Origin: a bacterium
Lineage (GTDB): Bacteria; UBA10199; JACPAL01; GCA-016699445
Direction of reading: 5' to 3'
NCBI GenBank assembly: GCA_036274695.1
Contig: DASUFF010000141.1
Coordinates: 3,123 to 67,122 of the forward strand
Length of the DNA: 64,000 bases
Below the pieces are notes generated by a model. That model was not told the DNA's origin. It saw only the letters and a program-made list of their open reading frames with translations, and searched no databases. The position numbers were made by a program, and so were the translations under genes. Of the stretch, positions 46,646 to 56,926 are shown piece by piece. Position 1 is the first letter of the stretch, and each line of letters starts with the position of its first letter.

Positions 46646-48745
46646 ATGAGCAACATCGAAAAGGTCCGAAACATCGGTATTTCCGCGCACATCGACTCGG
46701 GCAAGACCACCCTGTCCGAGCGCATTCTTTTCTACACCAAGAAGATCCACGCCATTCATGAAGTGCGCGGCAAGGACCAGGTCGGCGCCACCATGGACTT
46801 CATGGACCTGGAGCGCGAAAAGGGCATCACCATTCAGTCCGCCGCCACCTATTGTGAGTGGAAGGGTTTCAACATCAACTTGATCGACACCCCGGGCCAC
46901 GTCGACTTCACCATCGAGGTCGAGCGCGCCCTGCGCGTCTTGGACGGAGCGATTCTGGTCCTCTGTGCGGTATCGGGCGTCCAGTCGCAGTCCATCACCG
47001 TCGACCGCCAAATGACCCGGTATCACGTCCCCCGCATCGCCTTCGTCAACAAGATGGACCGCGCCGGCGCCGATCCGTTCCGCGTGATGAACCAGCTCCG
47101 CGACAAGTTGGGACACAACGCCCACATGGTCTCCATGCCGATCGGCGCGGAGGACCAGTTCAAGGGCGTCATCGATCTGATCGACATGAAGGCGCATTTC
47201 TATGACGGCGACAGCGGCGAGAATATTCGCGTGGAAGACGTCCCCGCGGATATGTTGCCCCGCGCCAAGGAACTGCGCCACGAATTGGTGGCCGCCACGG
47301 GCGATTTCGACGACGACGTCATGGCCCTCTATCTCGAGGATAAGGAAGTCTCCCCCGAACTCCTGCGCAAGGCGGTCCGGAAGGCGACCTTAAGCCTTAA
47401 GTTCATCCCGGTCATGATGGGCTCTGCCTACAAGAACAAGGGCGTTCAGCTTCTCTTGGATGCCGTCACCTATTACCTGCCGAACCCGTCCGAGGTCGTC
47501 AACGAAGCCCACGACCAGGATAAGGAAGAAGAGAAGGTGATCTTGGAGTCCGTGCCGAACAAGCCCTTCGTCGGATTGGCCTTCAAGCTTGAAGACGGGC
47601 GGTTCGGCCAGTTGACCTACATGCGCCTTTACCAGGGCAAGGTCCAAAAGGGCGATTTCATCGTCAACAACTCCGGCAACAAAAAGCGCGTGAAGGTGCC
47701 CCGCTTGGTCCGCATGCACGCCGATAAGATGCACGACATCGATTCAGCCGAAGCCGGCGATATCGTGGCCATGTTCGGCGTGGAATGTTCCTCCGGCGAC
47801 ACGTTCACGGACGAGTCCATCAATTACACGATGACCTCCATGCACGTCCCGAACGCCGTCATTTCGCTTGCCATCGCGCCGAAGGACAAGACGGCCACGG
47901 CCAACTTCTCCAAGGCGTTGAACCGGTTCACCAAGGAAGACCCGACCTTCCGCGTCCATCGCGACGAGGAATCCGCCCAGACCATCATCTCCGGCATGGG
48001 CGAGCTGCATTTGGAAATCTATATGGAGCGCATGAAGCGCGAGTTCGCCTGCGAGGTCATCTCCGGCAAGCCGCAGGTTGCCTACCGCGAGACGATCACC
48101 GCCAAGACCGACTTCATGTACCAGCACAAGAAGCAGACCGGCGGTTCCGGCCAGTACGCCAAGATCGGCGGCATTTTCGAGCCGCTCCCGGCCGATTCGG
48201 TGCTGACCTACGAATTCGTGGACGAGATCGTGGGTGGGCGCATCCCCCGCGAGTTCATCCCGTCCTGCGACAAGGGCTTTCAGGAACAATTGAAGAAGGG
48301 CCAGTTGATCGGCGCGCCGGTCGTCGGTTTCCGCGCCATCATCAACGACGGCGCCTATCACGACGTCGACTCCTCCGACATGGCCTTCCGCATCTGCGCC
48401 ATGACGGCGGTCCGCGAGTACTACAATGCCTGCAAACCCATCATCTTGGAGCCGATCATGCGCCTTCAGACCCAGGCTCCCGAAGAGTTTCAGGGCGCGG
48501 TGGTCGGCCAGGTCAACCAGCGCCGCGGAGTGATCCTGTCCACCGGCACGGCGAACAAGTACGTGCAGGTCGACGCCGAAGTGCCGCTGTCGGAAATGTT
48601 CGGCTATTCCACCGATCTCCGCAGCGCGACCCAGGGCAAGGGCGAGTTCCAGATGGAGTTCCTGAAATACGCGCCGGTGCCCCGCAACGTGCAGGACGAG
48701 CTGGTCAAGAAGTACCAAGAGAAGCGCGCGGCGGAGAACAAGTAA
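46646..48745 (+). CDS. fusA: Elongation factor G (stand-alone copy, not in an rpsL-rpsG-fusA-tuf context)
   Basis: G1 motif [22 protein letters not shown], and full five-domain length (699 aa). Confidence 0.95.
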   Translation: MSNIEKVRNIGISAHIDSGKTTLSERILFYTKKIHAIHEVRGKDQVGATMDFMDLEREKGITIQSAATYCEWKGFNINLIDTPGHVDFTIEVERALRVLDGAILVLCAVSGVQSQSITVDRQMTRYHVPRIAFVNKMDRAGADPFRVMNQLRDKLGHNAHMVSMPIGAEDQFKGVIDLIDMKAHFYDGDSGENIRVEDVPADMLPRAKELRHELVAATGDFDDDVMALYLEDKEVSPELLRKAVRKATLSLKFIPVMMGSAYKNKGVQLLLDAVTYYLPNPSEVVNEAHDQDKEEEKVILESVPNKPFVGLAFKLEDGRFGQLTYMRLYQGKVQKGDFIVNNSGNKKRVKVPRLVRMHADKMHDIDSAEAGDIVAMFGVECSSGDTFTDESINYTMTSMHVPNAVISLAIAPKDKTATANFSKALNRFTKEDPTFRVHRDEESAQTIISGMGELHLEIYMERMKREFACEVISGKPQVAYRETITAKTDFMYQHKKQTGGSGQYAKIGGIFEPLPADSVLTYEFVDEIVGGRIPREFIPSCDKGFQEQLKKGQLIGAPVVGFRAIINDGAYHDVDSSDMAFRICAMTAVREYYNACKPIILEPIMRLQTQAPEEFQGAVVGQVNQRRGVILSTGTANKYVQVDAEVPLSEMFGYSTDLRSATQGKGEFQMEFLKYAPVPRNVQDELVKKYQEKRAAENK

Positions 48746-48747
48746 TC

Positions 48748-49134
48748 ATGAACAAGTTCGACACGATCTTAAACGAGCTGAAAGACCTTCAGTCCCGGTT
48801 GAAGAACACGGCAAACCGGCTTTGGAGTATCAAATTGACGCTGACCGGCGCCCCCGATGGGCAGGCCGAGGCGGAGTTCCTTCGCCGCCGGCTGATGAAG
48901 CGCGAAAAAGAAGAACAGCAGGAGTTCGAGAAGCTCTTGAACCGCTTGAACCGCTGCATCTCCTCGCACCTGGACAGCTCCCTCATCGCCTTCAGCTCCA
49001 TCGAAGACGTTCAGACCGTGGCGAGCATCAGCAAGACCATCCGCTATCTCCACAATTCCTTTGCCGGTGAGCTGCCTTTGGGCCATACGTGGGCCAAACT
49101 CAATGCGGCTCTTCCGGCTTTCTCTCGCAATTAG
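48748..49134 (+). CDS. Hypothetical helical protein translationally coupled to fusA
   Basis: ATG 2 nt after the fusA stop (TAATCATG); 128 aa, coiled-coil-like. Confidence 0.45.
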   Translation: MNKFDTILNELKDLQSRLKNTANRLWSIKLTLTGAPDGQAEAEFLRRRLMKREKEEQQEFEKLLNRLNRCISSHLDSSLIAFSSIEDVQTVASISKTIRYLHNSFAGELPLGHTWAKLNAALPAFSRN

Positions 49135-49870
49135 CCTTCTGACGCTCCTTCCCCTCGCGGCGATCGCCGCGGAGGACGAGGAGGCGGCCTTGATCGAGGA
49201 AGAGGCCAAGATTAGCTTCGCCCAGGAGTTCGATTTCGGCTCCCAGTATGTCTGGAGGGGCTTCGCCCAGACACGCGGACCGGTCCTGCAGCCCGAGGCC
49301 TCGCTCTCCATTTACGATCTGACGCTCAATCTCTGGGCCAATCTGGTTTTGAACGACGAGCCCCATCAGGGCCAGTTTACGGAGGTCGACCCTTCCATCG
49401 ACTATTACCTTCATTTCGGCGATCTCGAGATCCAGCCGTCCTTCGAATATTATTTCTATCCCAGCCAAGTGGATTCTCCCTCCACCGGCGAGTTGTCCCT
49501 TTGGCTCGCATATGCGCTTGGACCGGTCAAACTGTTCACGGACCACATCTTTGACGTCGTCCGCTACGGGGGCGCCTATTTCGGCGATCTCGGCATTTCG
49601 CACGAGCGGGATCTTTGTAAGAAACTGGGCCTCCGAACCTCCGGAGCGATCGGCTGGGCGTCGCCCAAGTTCAACGGGACCTACGGCGGGATCTCCAAGG
49701 CGGCGTTCAACGTTTTTCTGTGGGACTTGGAACTCAACTACCGGCCCTGGAAGCATTTTTACGTAAGACCCCATATGCAGGTCAGTGTCCTCCTCGATCC
49801 GGATCTGCGCTCGAATGCCTCCGACCCGACGATCTTAAGCGGCGGGCTGGCCTTGGGATTCACTTTTTGA
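49103..49870 (+). CDS. Outer-membrane beta-barrel protein, hypothetical
   Basis: Signal peptide MRLFRLSLAISLLTLLPLAAIAA; alternating beta-strand pattern; C-terminal ..LALGFTF ending in Phe. Confidence 0.6.
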   Translation: MRLFRLSLAISLLTLLPLAAIAAEDEEAALIEEEAKISFAQEFDFGSQYVWRGFAQTRGPVLQPEASLSIYDLTLNLWANLVLNDEPHQGQFTEVDPSIDYYLHFGDLEIQPSFEYYFYPSQVDSPSTGELSLWLAYALGPVKLFTDHIFDVVRYGGAYFGDLGISHERDLCKKLGLRTSGAIGWASPKFNGTYGGISKAAFNVFLWDLELNYRPWKHFYVRPHMQVSVLLDPDLRSNASDPTILSGGLALGFTF

Positions 49871-49873
49871 TCC

Positions 49874-51337
49874 ATGAAAGCGCGGGGTTTTTACAATATT
49901 GCCGCCGACTGCGCCGAACGCCGTTCGGGCGAAGGCGGCGTCGCCGTCGCCCTGGTCCCCGAAGACGGAAGAGGGGAAGCATGGACCTTCGCCGAACTCC
50001 GGGAACGCGCCCGGCAGGCGGCCTACGGACTTCGCCGGACGGGCCTGAAGCGCGGCCAGCGGTTTCTCCTCAAGCTTCCGAACGGCCTCGAGTTTCCCGC
50101 CGCATTTCTCGGAGGCATAATCCTCGGAGCGATCCCCATTCCCGTTTCGACTCTCTTGACCGCTTCCGAGATGCGTTTTCTGAAGGAGGACAGCGGCGCC
50201 CGTCTCGTTCTGGAGGATCCCGCCCTCGTTCGGCGTTGGTTTTCGGGCCCTGCACTCTCCGGTTCCCTCAAGACCCGGGCCTCCGACCCCGCCTTTTGGC
50301 TTTATACGAGCGGGACGGAGGGCCGCCCCAAGGCCGTCATCCACGCCCACCGGAGCATCCCGGCTCACGACGCCCGCAACCGTCTCTGGCTCGATCTGCG
50401 AAAGGGCGATGTCGTCTTCAACACCAGCGCCTTGAACTGGAGCTACGCGCTGACCTGCGGTTTTTTGGACGCCCTCCGCGGCGGGGCGTCCTCGGTGATT
50501 TTCTCGGGCAAGGCCGATCCGGAAAAAATCCTGCGGACGATTCAAGCCCGTCGCGTCACCGTCTTTTTGAGCGTGCCCGGGATCTACCGGCGCCTGACGG
50601 AGTGTTTGAAGAAAAAGCCTTCGTTAAGCCGCTGTCTGCGTTCCGTTCGTGTTGCCCTTTCCGCCGGCGAAAAGCTGCCGCCGGAGATTCGGGCGCGCTT
50701 TCGGAAGGCGTCCGGGCTGACGCTCCGGGAAGGGTTGGGGATGACCGAGCACAGCGTCTATCTCGTTCAGCCGAAGGGGAGGCGCGTCGTCGAAGGGTCC
50801 TGCGGGCGATCTCTGGCAGGCAGGAAGGTGACGATTTTAAGGGAGGATCTCAAGCCCGTCCGCCCCGGCGAAGTCGGTATTCTGGCGTCGCACCGATCCT
50901 GCGCGGGCTTGATGCTCGGCTATCATCGGCGCCCGGAAGAGGAGAAAAAGGTTTTTAGGAAAGATTGGTTCCTTTCGGGCGATTTCGCCTATCGGGACGC
51001 GAAGGGGAATTTCTTCTACGTCGGCCGGAGGGACGACGTGATCACCGCCGGCGGTTACCGGATCTCGCCGATGGAGGTGGAGGCCGTTTTGAACCGCTAT
51101 CCGGCGGTGAGGGAATCGGCCGTCACCGGCGTCGAGATTTCATCCGGAAAAACCATCGTTCTCGGCCATGTAGCAGTAAAAAAGGGCCGCCGAGAGACGG
51201 ACTTCCTCAAACGAGCGATTTTGAATTTTTCCCGGAAACGGCTCGCGCGTTACAAGACGCCGCGGGAGATCGTCTTCGTGCCGGAGCTTCCCAAGACCTC
51301 GAACGGAAAGGTCCAGCGGTCTTTGTTGCGCCGATAG
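49874..51337 (+). CDS. AMP-dependent acyl-CoA synthetase/ligase
   Basis: YTSGTEGRPK, GYRISPMEVE hinge, C-terminal Lys (KTSNGK). Confidence 0.85.
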   Translation: MKARGFYNIAADCAERRSGEGGVAVALVPEDGRGEAWTFAELRERARQAAYGLRRTGLKRGQRFLLKLPNGLEFPAAFLGGIILGAIPIPVSTLLTASEMRFLKEDSGARLVLEDPALVRRWFSGPALSGSLKTRASDPAFWLYTSGTEGRPKAVIHAHRSIPAHDARNRLWLDLRKGDVVFNTSALNWSYALTCGFLDALRGGASSVIFSGKADPEKILRTIQARRVTVFLSVPGIYRRLTECLKKKPSLSRCLRSVRVALSAGEKLPPEIRARFRKASGLTLREGLGMTEHSVYLVQPKGRRVVEGSCGRSLAGRKVTILREDLKPVRPGEVGILASHRSCAGLMLGYHRRPEEEKKVFRKDWFLSGDFAYRDAKGNFFYVGRRDDVITAGGYRISPMEVEAVLNRYPAVRESAVTGVEISSGKTIVLGHVAVKKGRRETDFLKRAILNFSRKRLARYKTPREIVFVPELPKTSNGKVQRSLLRR

Positions 51338-51443
51338 GCCCATTCTCAAAGGGCGGCATTCCGAAACCCGCCTATTCCGAAAAAAGCGCAAAAGACAGGG
51401 CGGAAAGCGGGCACTTTTATGGAATAGTTCCGATCTTCCGCCC

Positions 51444-53570
51444 ATGGGAGACGGTGTTCAAAGAAACTTCGCGCTCATTATCAATGGAGACGACGAAAGT
51501 CGCCATCTTGGAAACGTCGACCGCGCCATAAAGACCCTTCGTTCGGAAGCGCCTTATGAAATCTCGGTGGCCAGCAGGAAACCCCCTTCCAACTCAGTCG
51601 AACATTTCATAGCACCGCACGAACAGTCCTTGAAGAGATTGATCGAAGGGATTCGATCCAAAATAGACGATGACGATTTATTGGTCGTTTATATCACGGG
51701 TCACGGGGGGGCGGGCAATCAACGGGAAGGTTGCGTCGAATGGCCTGGCGCTTGTTATCCCTTGTCCTCTTTGGGCCGCGAGTTGAAGAATTTGCTCTAT
51801 GGAAAGCGGATCGTCGTTATGGATCAGTGCTTTTCGGGAGGCGGATTACCTCTTTTCGCCGATGACCGCACCTATGTTGTCACTCAGGGAGGCCCCGATG
51901 AGACTGTCTCTTGTCAGGAGTTTAGTCCTTATTTTTGGGGCGATGGCGTCACCGATTTGGACGGCGACGGGATCAAAACGGTGGAAGAGCGGTTTATCTA
52001 CGCCGTAAAAACGGGGAAGACCCCCACGCACACGCAATACTACGCGCCCGGTTCGGCGATTTCCCTTTCGGGAAAGGCCGACAAAACCCCTCCTTTCAAG
52101 GCCGGTGTGACCGAGGTCCACGATCAAAGGGGGGTGGAGGCCGAGTTGAAGCGCCTGCAGCCCGGCCAGCTGGCCCTCGTCATGTTTTCTTCCGAAACCT
52201 GCGATGCCTGCAAAAGGTACGCCCCGACTTTTGAGGGGTTCTCCAGGCAATTTGGCGGCAGGTTTTTGATGATCCGCGCCGAGGGGGTTAACGGGAGCGA
52301 AGAGGATTGGGGAAAACACTATGGAGTCGACCGATTCCCCAAAGTGGCTTTTATCAATCATCGGGGACAAGTGACTTTTGTGGAGGACCGTGCACGGCCC
52401 TTGGATTCCCTGGTGGCGGCATCGGGCTATGACGTTCTTCATGGGGTGCGGGTTTACGCGGCGCAGCTGGAGAGTCCTCATCGGGATGAAAGGGAAAAGG
52501 CCATCGCCGCTCTCGCCAAAATCGGCAGAAACGCGTCTCCAAAAAAGGAGGATAAAGAAGCCCTTTCGCTTTTCGCGGACCTCATCGGACAATCTCCTGC
52601 GCGGGTTCTCGTTTTGGCTCAATGGATGGCGAATAAAAACGTGGGTCTGTTTTCTCGCTGGGATGCGGAGAATGTTTTAACCGACCTCACGACGGCCCTG
52701 ATGGAGAAGGAGGGCGACCTTCTTCGGAAAAGTGCGAATCTTTTAAAAAAGCAGACCGCTCTTCTCGATAAAACGGACGACTTATTGAAAAAGGGAATTG
52801 CTCTGGCCGAAACAGGGGGAGATCGAGAGGAGGAGGCGATGATTCAAAAGGAGGTGGCAAAAATCAAACAAGAAGTGGAGAAGATTCAGAAATTGCTGGA
52901 TGCGATCGACGTGGAAATCTCCGTAACACCCTTGATTTTAAAGCAGATTGCCGTTCCCCTCTTAACAAAGATCCTTTTGGACGAAAGCGATTCTCCCACC
53001 ATGCGTCGGAAAGCGGCCGTGGCGCTCGAAAGAATGAAAACTGTCGGTTGGATCAAAAAACCGGCCGCCACTCCCGCCTTGATCGAGGATTTGAATTTAA
53101 AATCGGCTGAGGAATTATCGGCATTGATGGATGCTCAATGGCGAGGATGGCGATTTGGCGGCGGGGCTGTCCTGAATTACTTTGAAGGTCCCGGAGCCGG
53201 TTCTCATTTATGGGCCGGATATCGTCGCTACCGATGGGATTTTCGGGTCAACCTTCGGGGCGAAGGGTTGAAACTCGATAAGACCGGTTACGGTTTTCGT
53301 ATGGACATATCGATCGAGCCGATCGTTCACATTTTCGATCGACCCGCGCGTTGGGACCCATATTTAAACTTGCCCGAGGTGGGGGTTTCTCATCACTTTG
53401 GAAAGAACGTCTGGGGCCTTTCTTTTTCGCCCCTGGGCGCAGGTCTCCAACTCCATCTGAATGACAATTGGTCCGCTTATGCCGGCGCAAGACTCCGTGG
53501 GGCCGTGACCCCCGGCGAGGATGTAAGGGTTGGAGCGGAAATTCCGTTGGGTTTTTCGGGTTCTTTTTGA
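51444..53570 (+). CDS. Multidomain protein: N-terminal caspase/legumain-like (clan CD) Cys peptidase domain + thioredoxin-fold CxxC domain + HEAT-like/coiled-coil region + C-terminal beta-rich domain
   Basis: His-Gly ..VVYITGHGG (nt ~51702) and Cys ..MDQCFSGG (nt ~51828), 42 residues apart as in legumain-type peptidases. Thioredoxin-like LALVMFSSETCDACKRYAPTF..FPKVAFIN. Coiled coil LLKKQTALLDKTDDLLKKG..IQKEVAKIKQEVEKIQKLL. HEAT-like ..DESDSPTMRRKAAVALERM... C-terminus ..GAEIPLGFSGSF. Confidence 0.7.
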   Translation: MGDGVQRNFALIINGDDESRHLGNVDRAIKTLRSEAPYEISVASRKPPSNSVEHFIAPHEQSLKRLIEGIRSKIDDDDLLVVYITGHGGAGNQREGCVEWPGACYPLSSLGRELKNLLYGKRIVVMDQCFSGGGLPLFADDRTYVVTQGGPDETVSCQEFSPYFWGDGVTDLDGDGIKTVEERFIYAVKTGKTPTHTQYYAPGSAISLSGKADKTPPFKAGVTEVHDQRGVEAELKRLQPGQLALVMFSSETCDACKRYAPTFEGFSRQFGGRFLMIRAEGVNGSEEDWGKHYGVDRFPKVAFINHRGQVTFVEDRARPLDSLVAASGYDVLHGVRVYAAQLESPHRDEREKAIAALAKIGRNASPKKEDKEALSLFADLIGQSPARVLVLAQWMANKNVGLFSRWDAENVLTDLTTALMEKEGDLLRKSANLLKKQTALLDKTDDLLKKGIALAETGGDREEEAMIQKEVAKIKQEVEKIQKLLDAIDVEISVTPLILKQIAVPLLTKILLDESDSPTMRRKAAVALERMKTVGWIKKPAATPALIEDLNLKSAEELSALMDAQWRGWRFGGGAVLNYFEGPGAGSHLWAGYRRYRWDFRVNLRGEGLKLDKTGYGFRMDISIEPIVHIFDRPARWDPYLNLPEVGVSHHFGKNVWGLSFSPLGAGLQLHLNDNWSAYAGARLRGAVTPGEDVRVGAEIPLGFSGSF

Positions 53571-53877
53571 TCGTCTGCTCAAGACTCAAGAATAGATTTT
53601 TACGGCCTTGAAGAAGTCCTCAACGGCGCACTGTTCCCATTCTCTCTTTAAAGCATTCCTAAGCCAACCCATTCCGAGAAAAGCGAGTGCCAAACGGTTA
53701 ATGTCGCGACTTCGCCATTTTTAGGTCGATAAATGTGAGAGTATGCTTGGCCCAATAGCGCAATTAACGCGGGCCCTGACCCGTTTCGGGATCCTAGAAC
53801 CCGCGACAACTTGCCCGCCCGGAGTCGGCGTCAGCCCCGGCGGCCTTGTCATTCGGCCCGCCGAGGGAAGGGATCTG

Positions 53878-54477
53878 ATGATGGCCGCGGTCCTTACGGC
53901 CCCCTTGGCGCCGCCGATCTTTCGGGCGGAATCGTCCATCCGCCAGCCGCGCGTCTTGATCGACAGCCAACACTGGTTGGAAAATTTTCAACCGTCGCAG
54001 GCGCTTATCGGGGGACTCGCCTTATTGGCGGAGGGAGCGAGCCTCACCTTCGCCCTCAAGTGGCGGGGCGCGGAAGGTCCGGAGGCCCGAGAGTTCGAGC
54101 CGCCGGCGGAGATCGCTCGGCAACAGGGGTTAGTTTTGGCCGCGATGGGGGGCAGGGGAAAGGATAAGAGGGAGGCGAAGCTCCAGTCGCTTCTGGAGCA
54201 GTTGAAGGATTCCGATGGGACAAAGCGAAGTAAAGCAGCCGAGGCCCTTGGCGAACTCGGCGACCCCCGCGCGATCAAGCCGTTGATTCGGGCGCTGGGG
54301 GATGGCGATAAGTTGGTGCGAATGGCAGCGGCCGAGGCCCTCGGCGAACTCGGCGACCCCCGCGCGGTCAAGCCGTTGATCCGGGCGCTGGGGGATGACG
54401 ATGCTTGGGTTCGAAGCGATGCGTCCAAGTCCCTTGGCAAACTCAAGTCTATCAAGAAAAAAATTGGTTCGCCTTGA
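53878..54477 (+). CDS. HEAT-repeat (PBS-lyase HEAT-like) protein, intact copy
   Basis: Tandem repeats [60 protein letters not shown]..; the ORF track starts at 53743, but homology with copy 2 begins near 53881. Confidence 0.6.
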   Translation: MMAAVLTAPLAPPIFRAESSIRQPRVLIDSQHWLENFQPSQALIGGLALLAEGASLTFALKWRGAEGPEAREFEPPAEIARQQGLVLAAMGGRGKDKREAKLQSLLEQLKDSDGTKRSKAAEALGELGDPRAIKPLIRALGDGDKLVRMAAAEALGELGDPRAVKPLIRALGDDDAWVRSDASKSLGKLKSIKKKIGSP

Positions 54478-54545
54478 AGAAGAAGGCGATCTCGGCTTTG
54501 GCCGTCTCCGGCGCGTCCGAGCCGTTGACGGCGTTGGCGTCGATC
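53881..54545. repeat. Duplicated segment copy 1: HEAT-repeat gene plus ~80 bp of the ndk 3' end
   Basis: Near-identical to 55247..55728 except that the HEAT-repeat block is present only here. 54468-54545 duplicates the last ~27 codons of ndk (minus strand), so it is a truncated ndk remnant. Confidence 0.8.
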
Positions 54546-54594
54546 CAATTCTGTCTTGAAAGCCATATACATCATGATGTATTCTCCTTAGGGA

Positions 54595-54894
54595 ATGAAG
54601 GTTGCCTTTGAGTGGGACGGCGGAAACGACGTCAAGAGCTATACGAAGCACGGCGTCTCGCGGCAGGAAGCGGAATCCGTTTTTCAGGATGACCGGAAGC
54701 TCCACTTTTCCGACCCGTTCCATTCAAAAGGCGAGAGGCGATACATTACGGTGGGTCGCAGCGCCCATCCGCGTATCCTATTCATCGCCTGGACGCTGCG
54801 AGGAACAAAGGTTCGGATCATCTCCGCGCGTCCGGCCAGCCGGAAGGAAAGGAAGGTCTATGAAGAAAAGAACAAAGGAAAAAAACGAGCGTGA
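54595..54894 (+). CDS. brnT: BrnT-family (DUF497, RelE-fold) toxin
   Basis: MKVAFEWDGGNDVKSYTKHGVSRQEAESVF..RYITVGRS..ILFIAWTLRG.. is typical BrnT. Confidence 0.75.
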   Translation: MKVAFEWDGGNDVKSYTKHGVSRQEAESVFQDDRKLHFSDPFHSKGERRYITVGRSAHPRILFIAWTLRGTKVRIISARPASRKERKVYEEKNKGKKRA

Positions 54895-55114
54895 ACGGTA
54901 CCTCAACACCGATTTCGGCGATCTGCTCGCCGGACTCAAGCCTCTGAATTTGGACCTGGAGTTCCCTTCCCCCACGCAGTCGATCAGCCTTCGCCTTCCG
55001 CGTGACGTTCTGAACGAGATTCGAATCGTGGCCGATGAACGGGATGTGCCGTATCAATCGCTCATTAAGATGTGGGTAGTTGAGCGCTTGAGGGCGGGTA
55101 AAAAGGCGGCTTAG
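54860..55114 (+). CDS. brnA: BrnA-family (RHH/CopG-like) antitoxin
   Basis: MKKRTKEKNERERYLNTDFGDLL...ISLRLPRDVLNEIRIVADERDVPYQSLIKMWVVERL; overlaps brnT by 35 nt; toxin-first order typical of brnTA. Confidence 0.7.
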   Translation: MKKRTKEKNERERYLNTDFGDLLAGLKPLNLDLEFPSPTQSISLRLPRDVLNEIRIVADERDVPYQSLIKMWVVERLRAGKKAA

Positions 55115-55246
55115 CTGCGCTAGAAGTCTCACGCCACCGGAATTCCCCATTCTTCCTTCCAGGTCTCCGAATTTTCACCATTCTCAGAAAAATAAGCGCC
55201 AAACGGCCGGAGGGCGAAACTTTGACGTAATCGGGTCGGCAACCTG

Positions 55247-55658
55247 ATGCGGGTCGCGTCGGTCGCCGCGCCGCTGGCCCCGCCGGTCTTTCGGGCGGAA
55301 TCGTCCATCCTTAGGTCACGCGTCTTGATCGACATCCAACATTGGTCGGAAAGTTTTCAACCGCCCGCGGCGCTCATCGGGGGACTCGTCTTATTGGCGG
55401 TGGAGTCGAGCTTTACCTTCGCGCTCAAGTGGCGCGGTGCGGAAGGTCCGGAGGCCCGGGAGTTCGAGCCGCCGGCGGAGATCGCCCGGCAACAGGGGTT
55501 GGTATTGGCGGCGATGGGGGGTGGGGGCAAAGACAAAAAGGAGGCGAAGCTCTAGTCGCTTCTGGAGCGGCTGAAGGATTCCGATGGGACAATGCGAAGT
55601 AAAGCGGCCGAGGCCCTTCGCGAACTCAAGTCGATCAAGAAAAAATCTCGTTCGCCTT
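55247..55658 (+). pseudogene. Degenerate second copy of the HEAT-repeat gene (HEAT block deleted, premature TAG at ~55553)
   Basis: MRVASVAAPLAPPVFRAESSILRSRVLIDIQHW... is ~85-90% identical to copy 1 at DNA level, then stops (..KEAKL*), and homology resumes out of frame. Confidence 0.7.
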
Positions 55659-56057
55659 GAAGAAGAAGGCGATCTCGGTCTTGGCCGTCTCCGGCGCGTC
55701 CGAGCCGTGGACGACGTTGGCGTCGATCGACTCCGCGAAATCGCGGCGAATGGTCCCCGGATCGGCCTTCTTCGGGTCGGTCGCGCCCATGATCTCGCGG
55801 TTCTTCGCGATGGCGTTCTCGCCTTCCAGGCACGTCACGACCACCGGGCCGGAAATCATGTAATTCACCAGCGATTCGTAGAAGGGACGGGCCTTGTGGA
55901 CGGCGTAGAATTCCTGGGCCTGTTCCTTGGAGAGCTTGGTCATGCGCGTGGCGACGATCTTAAGCCCGCCCTTTTCGAAGCGGGCGAAGCACTCGCCGAT
56001 GACGTTTTTCTGCACGCCGTCCGGCTTGATGATGGAAAGGGTACGTTCTTTAGCCAC
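55635..56057 (-). CDS. ndk: Nucleoside diphosphate kinase
   Basis: [15 protein letters not shown]...NVVHGSD active-site His. Confidence 0.95.
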   Translation of the reverse strand: MAKERTLSIIKPDGVQKNVIGECFARFEKGGLKIVATRMTKLSKEQAQEFYAVHKARPFYESLVNYMISGPVVVTCLEGENAIAKNREIMGATDPKKADPGTIRRDFAESIDANVVHGSDAPETAKTEIAFFFKANEIFS

Positions 56058-56922
56058 GATAGACCTCCTTAAGAGTCTTTCCTATTTCAGCGATGGTCCG
56101 CGAGACCTTGATGCCCGCGGCTTCCATCGCCTTGATTTTCTCGTCCGCCGTCCCCTTGCCGCCGGAAATGATGGCGCCCGCATGGCCCATGCGCTTTCCC
56201 GGAGGGGCGGAAATGCCGGCGATGAAACCCACCACCGGCTTTTTCACGTTCTTTTTGATGTAGTCCGCGGCTTCTTCCTCGGCCGAGCCGCCGATCTCGC
56301 CGATCATGACGATGGCTTCGGTGCCCTTGTCCTCGTTGAAGAGTTTGAGCACGTCGATAAAGTTGGTGCCGTTGACCGGATCGCCGCCGATGCCCACGCA
56401 GGTGGACTGGCCCAGACCGATTTTCGTGACTTGATCGACCGCTTCATAGGTGAGCGTCCCGGAGCGGCTGACGATGCCGACTTTTCCCGGCCGGTGGATG
56501 TGCCCGGGCATGATGCCGATCTTGCACTCGCCAGGCGTGATGACGCCGGGACAGTTGGGCCCGATCAAACGCGTGCGCTTGCCTTCCATGTAGCGTTTCA
56601 CCTGGATCATATCGACGACGGGGATGCCTTCGGTGATGCACACGACCAAGTCCAGATCGGCGTCGACCGCTTCCTTGATGGCCGCCGCCGCGAATTTCGG
56701 CGGAACGTAGATGACGGAAACGGTCGAACCCGTCTTTTCCTTCGCTTCCTTGACGGAGTTGAAGATCGGAATCCCCTCGAATTCCTGCCCGCCCTTGCCG
56801 GGCGTGACGCCGGCCGCCATCTTCGTGCCGTAGGCGACGCACTGGCGCGTATGGAACTGGCCGGTATTGCCGGTGATTCCTTGGGTCATGACCTTCGTGT
56901 CTTTGTTGACGAGGATCGACAT
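56050..56922 (-). CDS. sucD: Succinyl-CoA synthetase alpha subunit
   Basis: CoA-binding and SGTLTYE..GIGGDP motifs, His (MGHAGAII). Confidence 0.95.
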   Translation of the reverse strand: MSILVNKDTKVMTQGITGNTGQFHTRQCVAYGTKMAAGVTPGKGGQEFEGIPIFNSVKEAKEKTGSTVSVIYVPPKFAAAAIKEAVDADLDLVVCITEGIPVVDMIQVKRYMEGKRTRLIGPNCPGVITPGECKIGIMPGHIHRPGKVGIVSRSGTLTYEAVDQVTKIGLGQSTCVGIGGDPVNGTNFIDVLKLFNEDKGTEAIVMIGEIGGSAEEEAADYIKKNVKKPVVGFIAGISAPPGKRMGHAGAIISGGKGTADEKIKAMEAAGIKVSRTIAEIGKTLKEVYRG

Positions 56923-56926
56923 AAAG

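Noticed and set aside
53721-53939. Minus-strand 72-aa ORF and its paralogue 55129..55335 (both starting MDDSARK..GGA)
   Set aside because: Both lie antisense to the 5' ends of the two HEAT-gene copies. Their similarity is a by-product of the segmental duplication rather than evidence for a gene.
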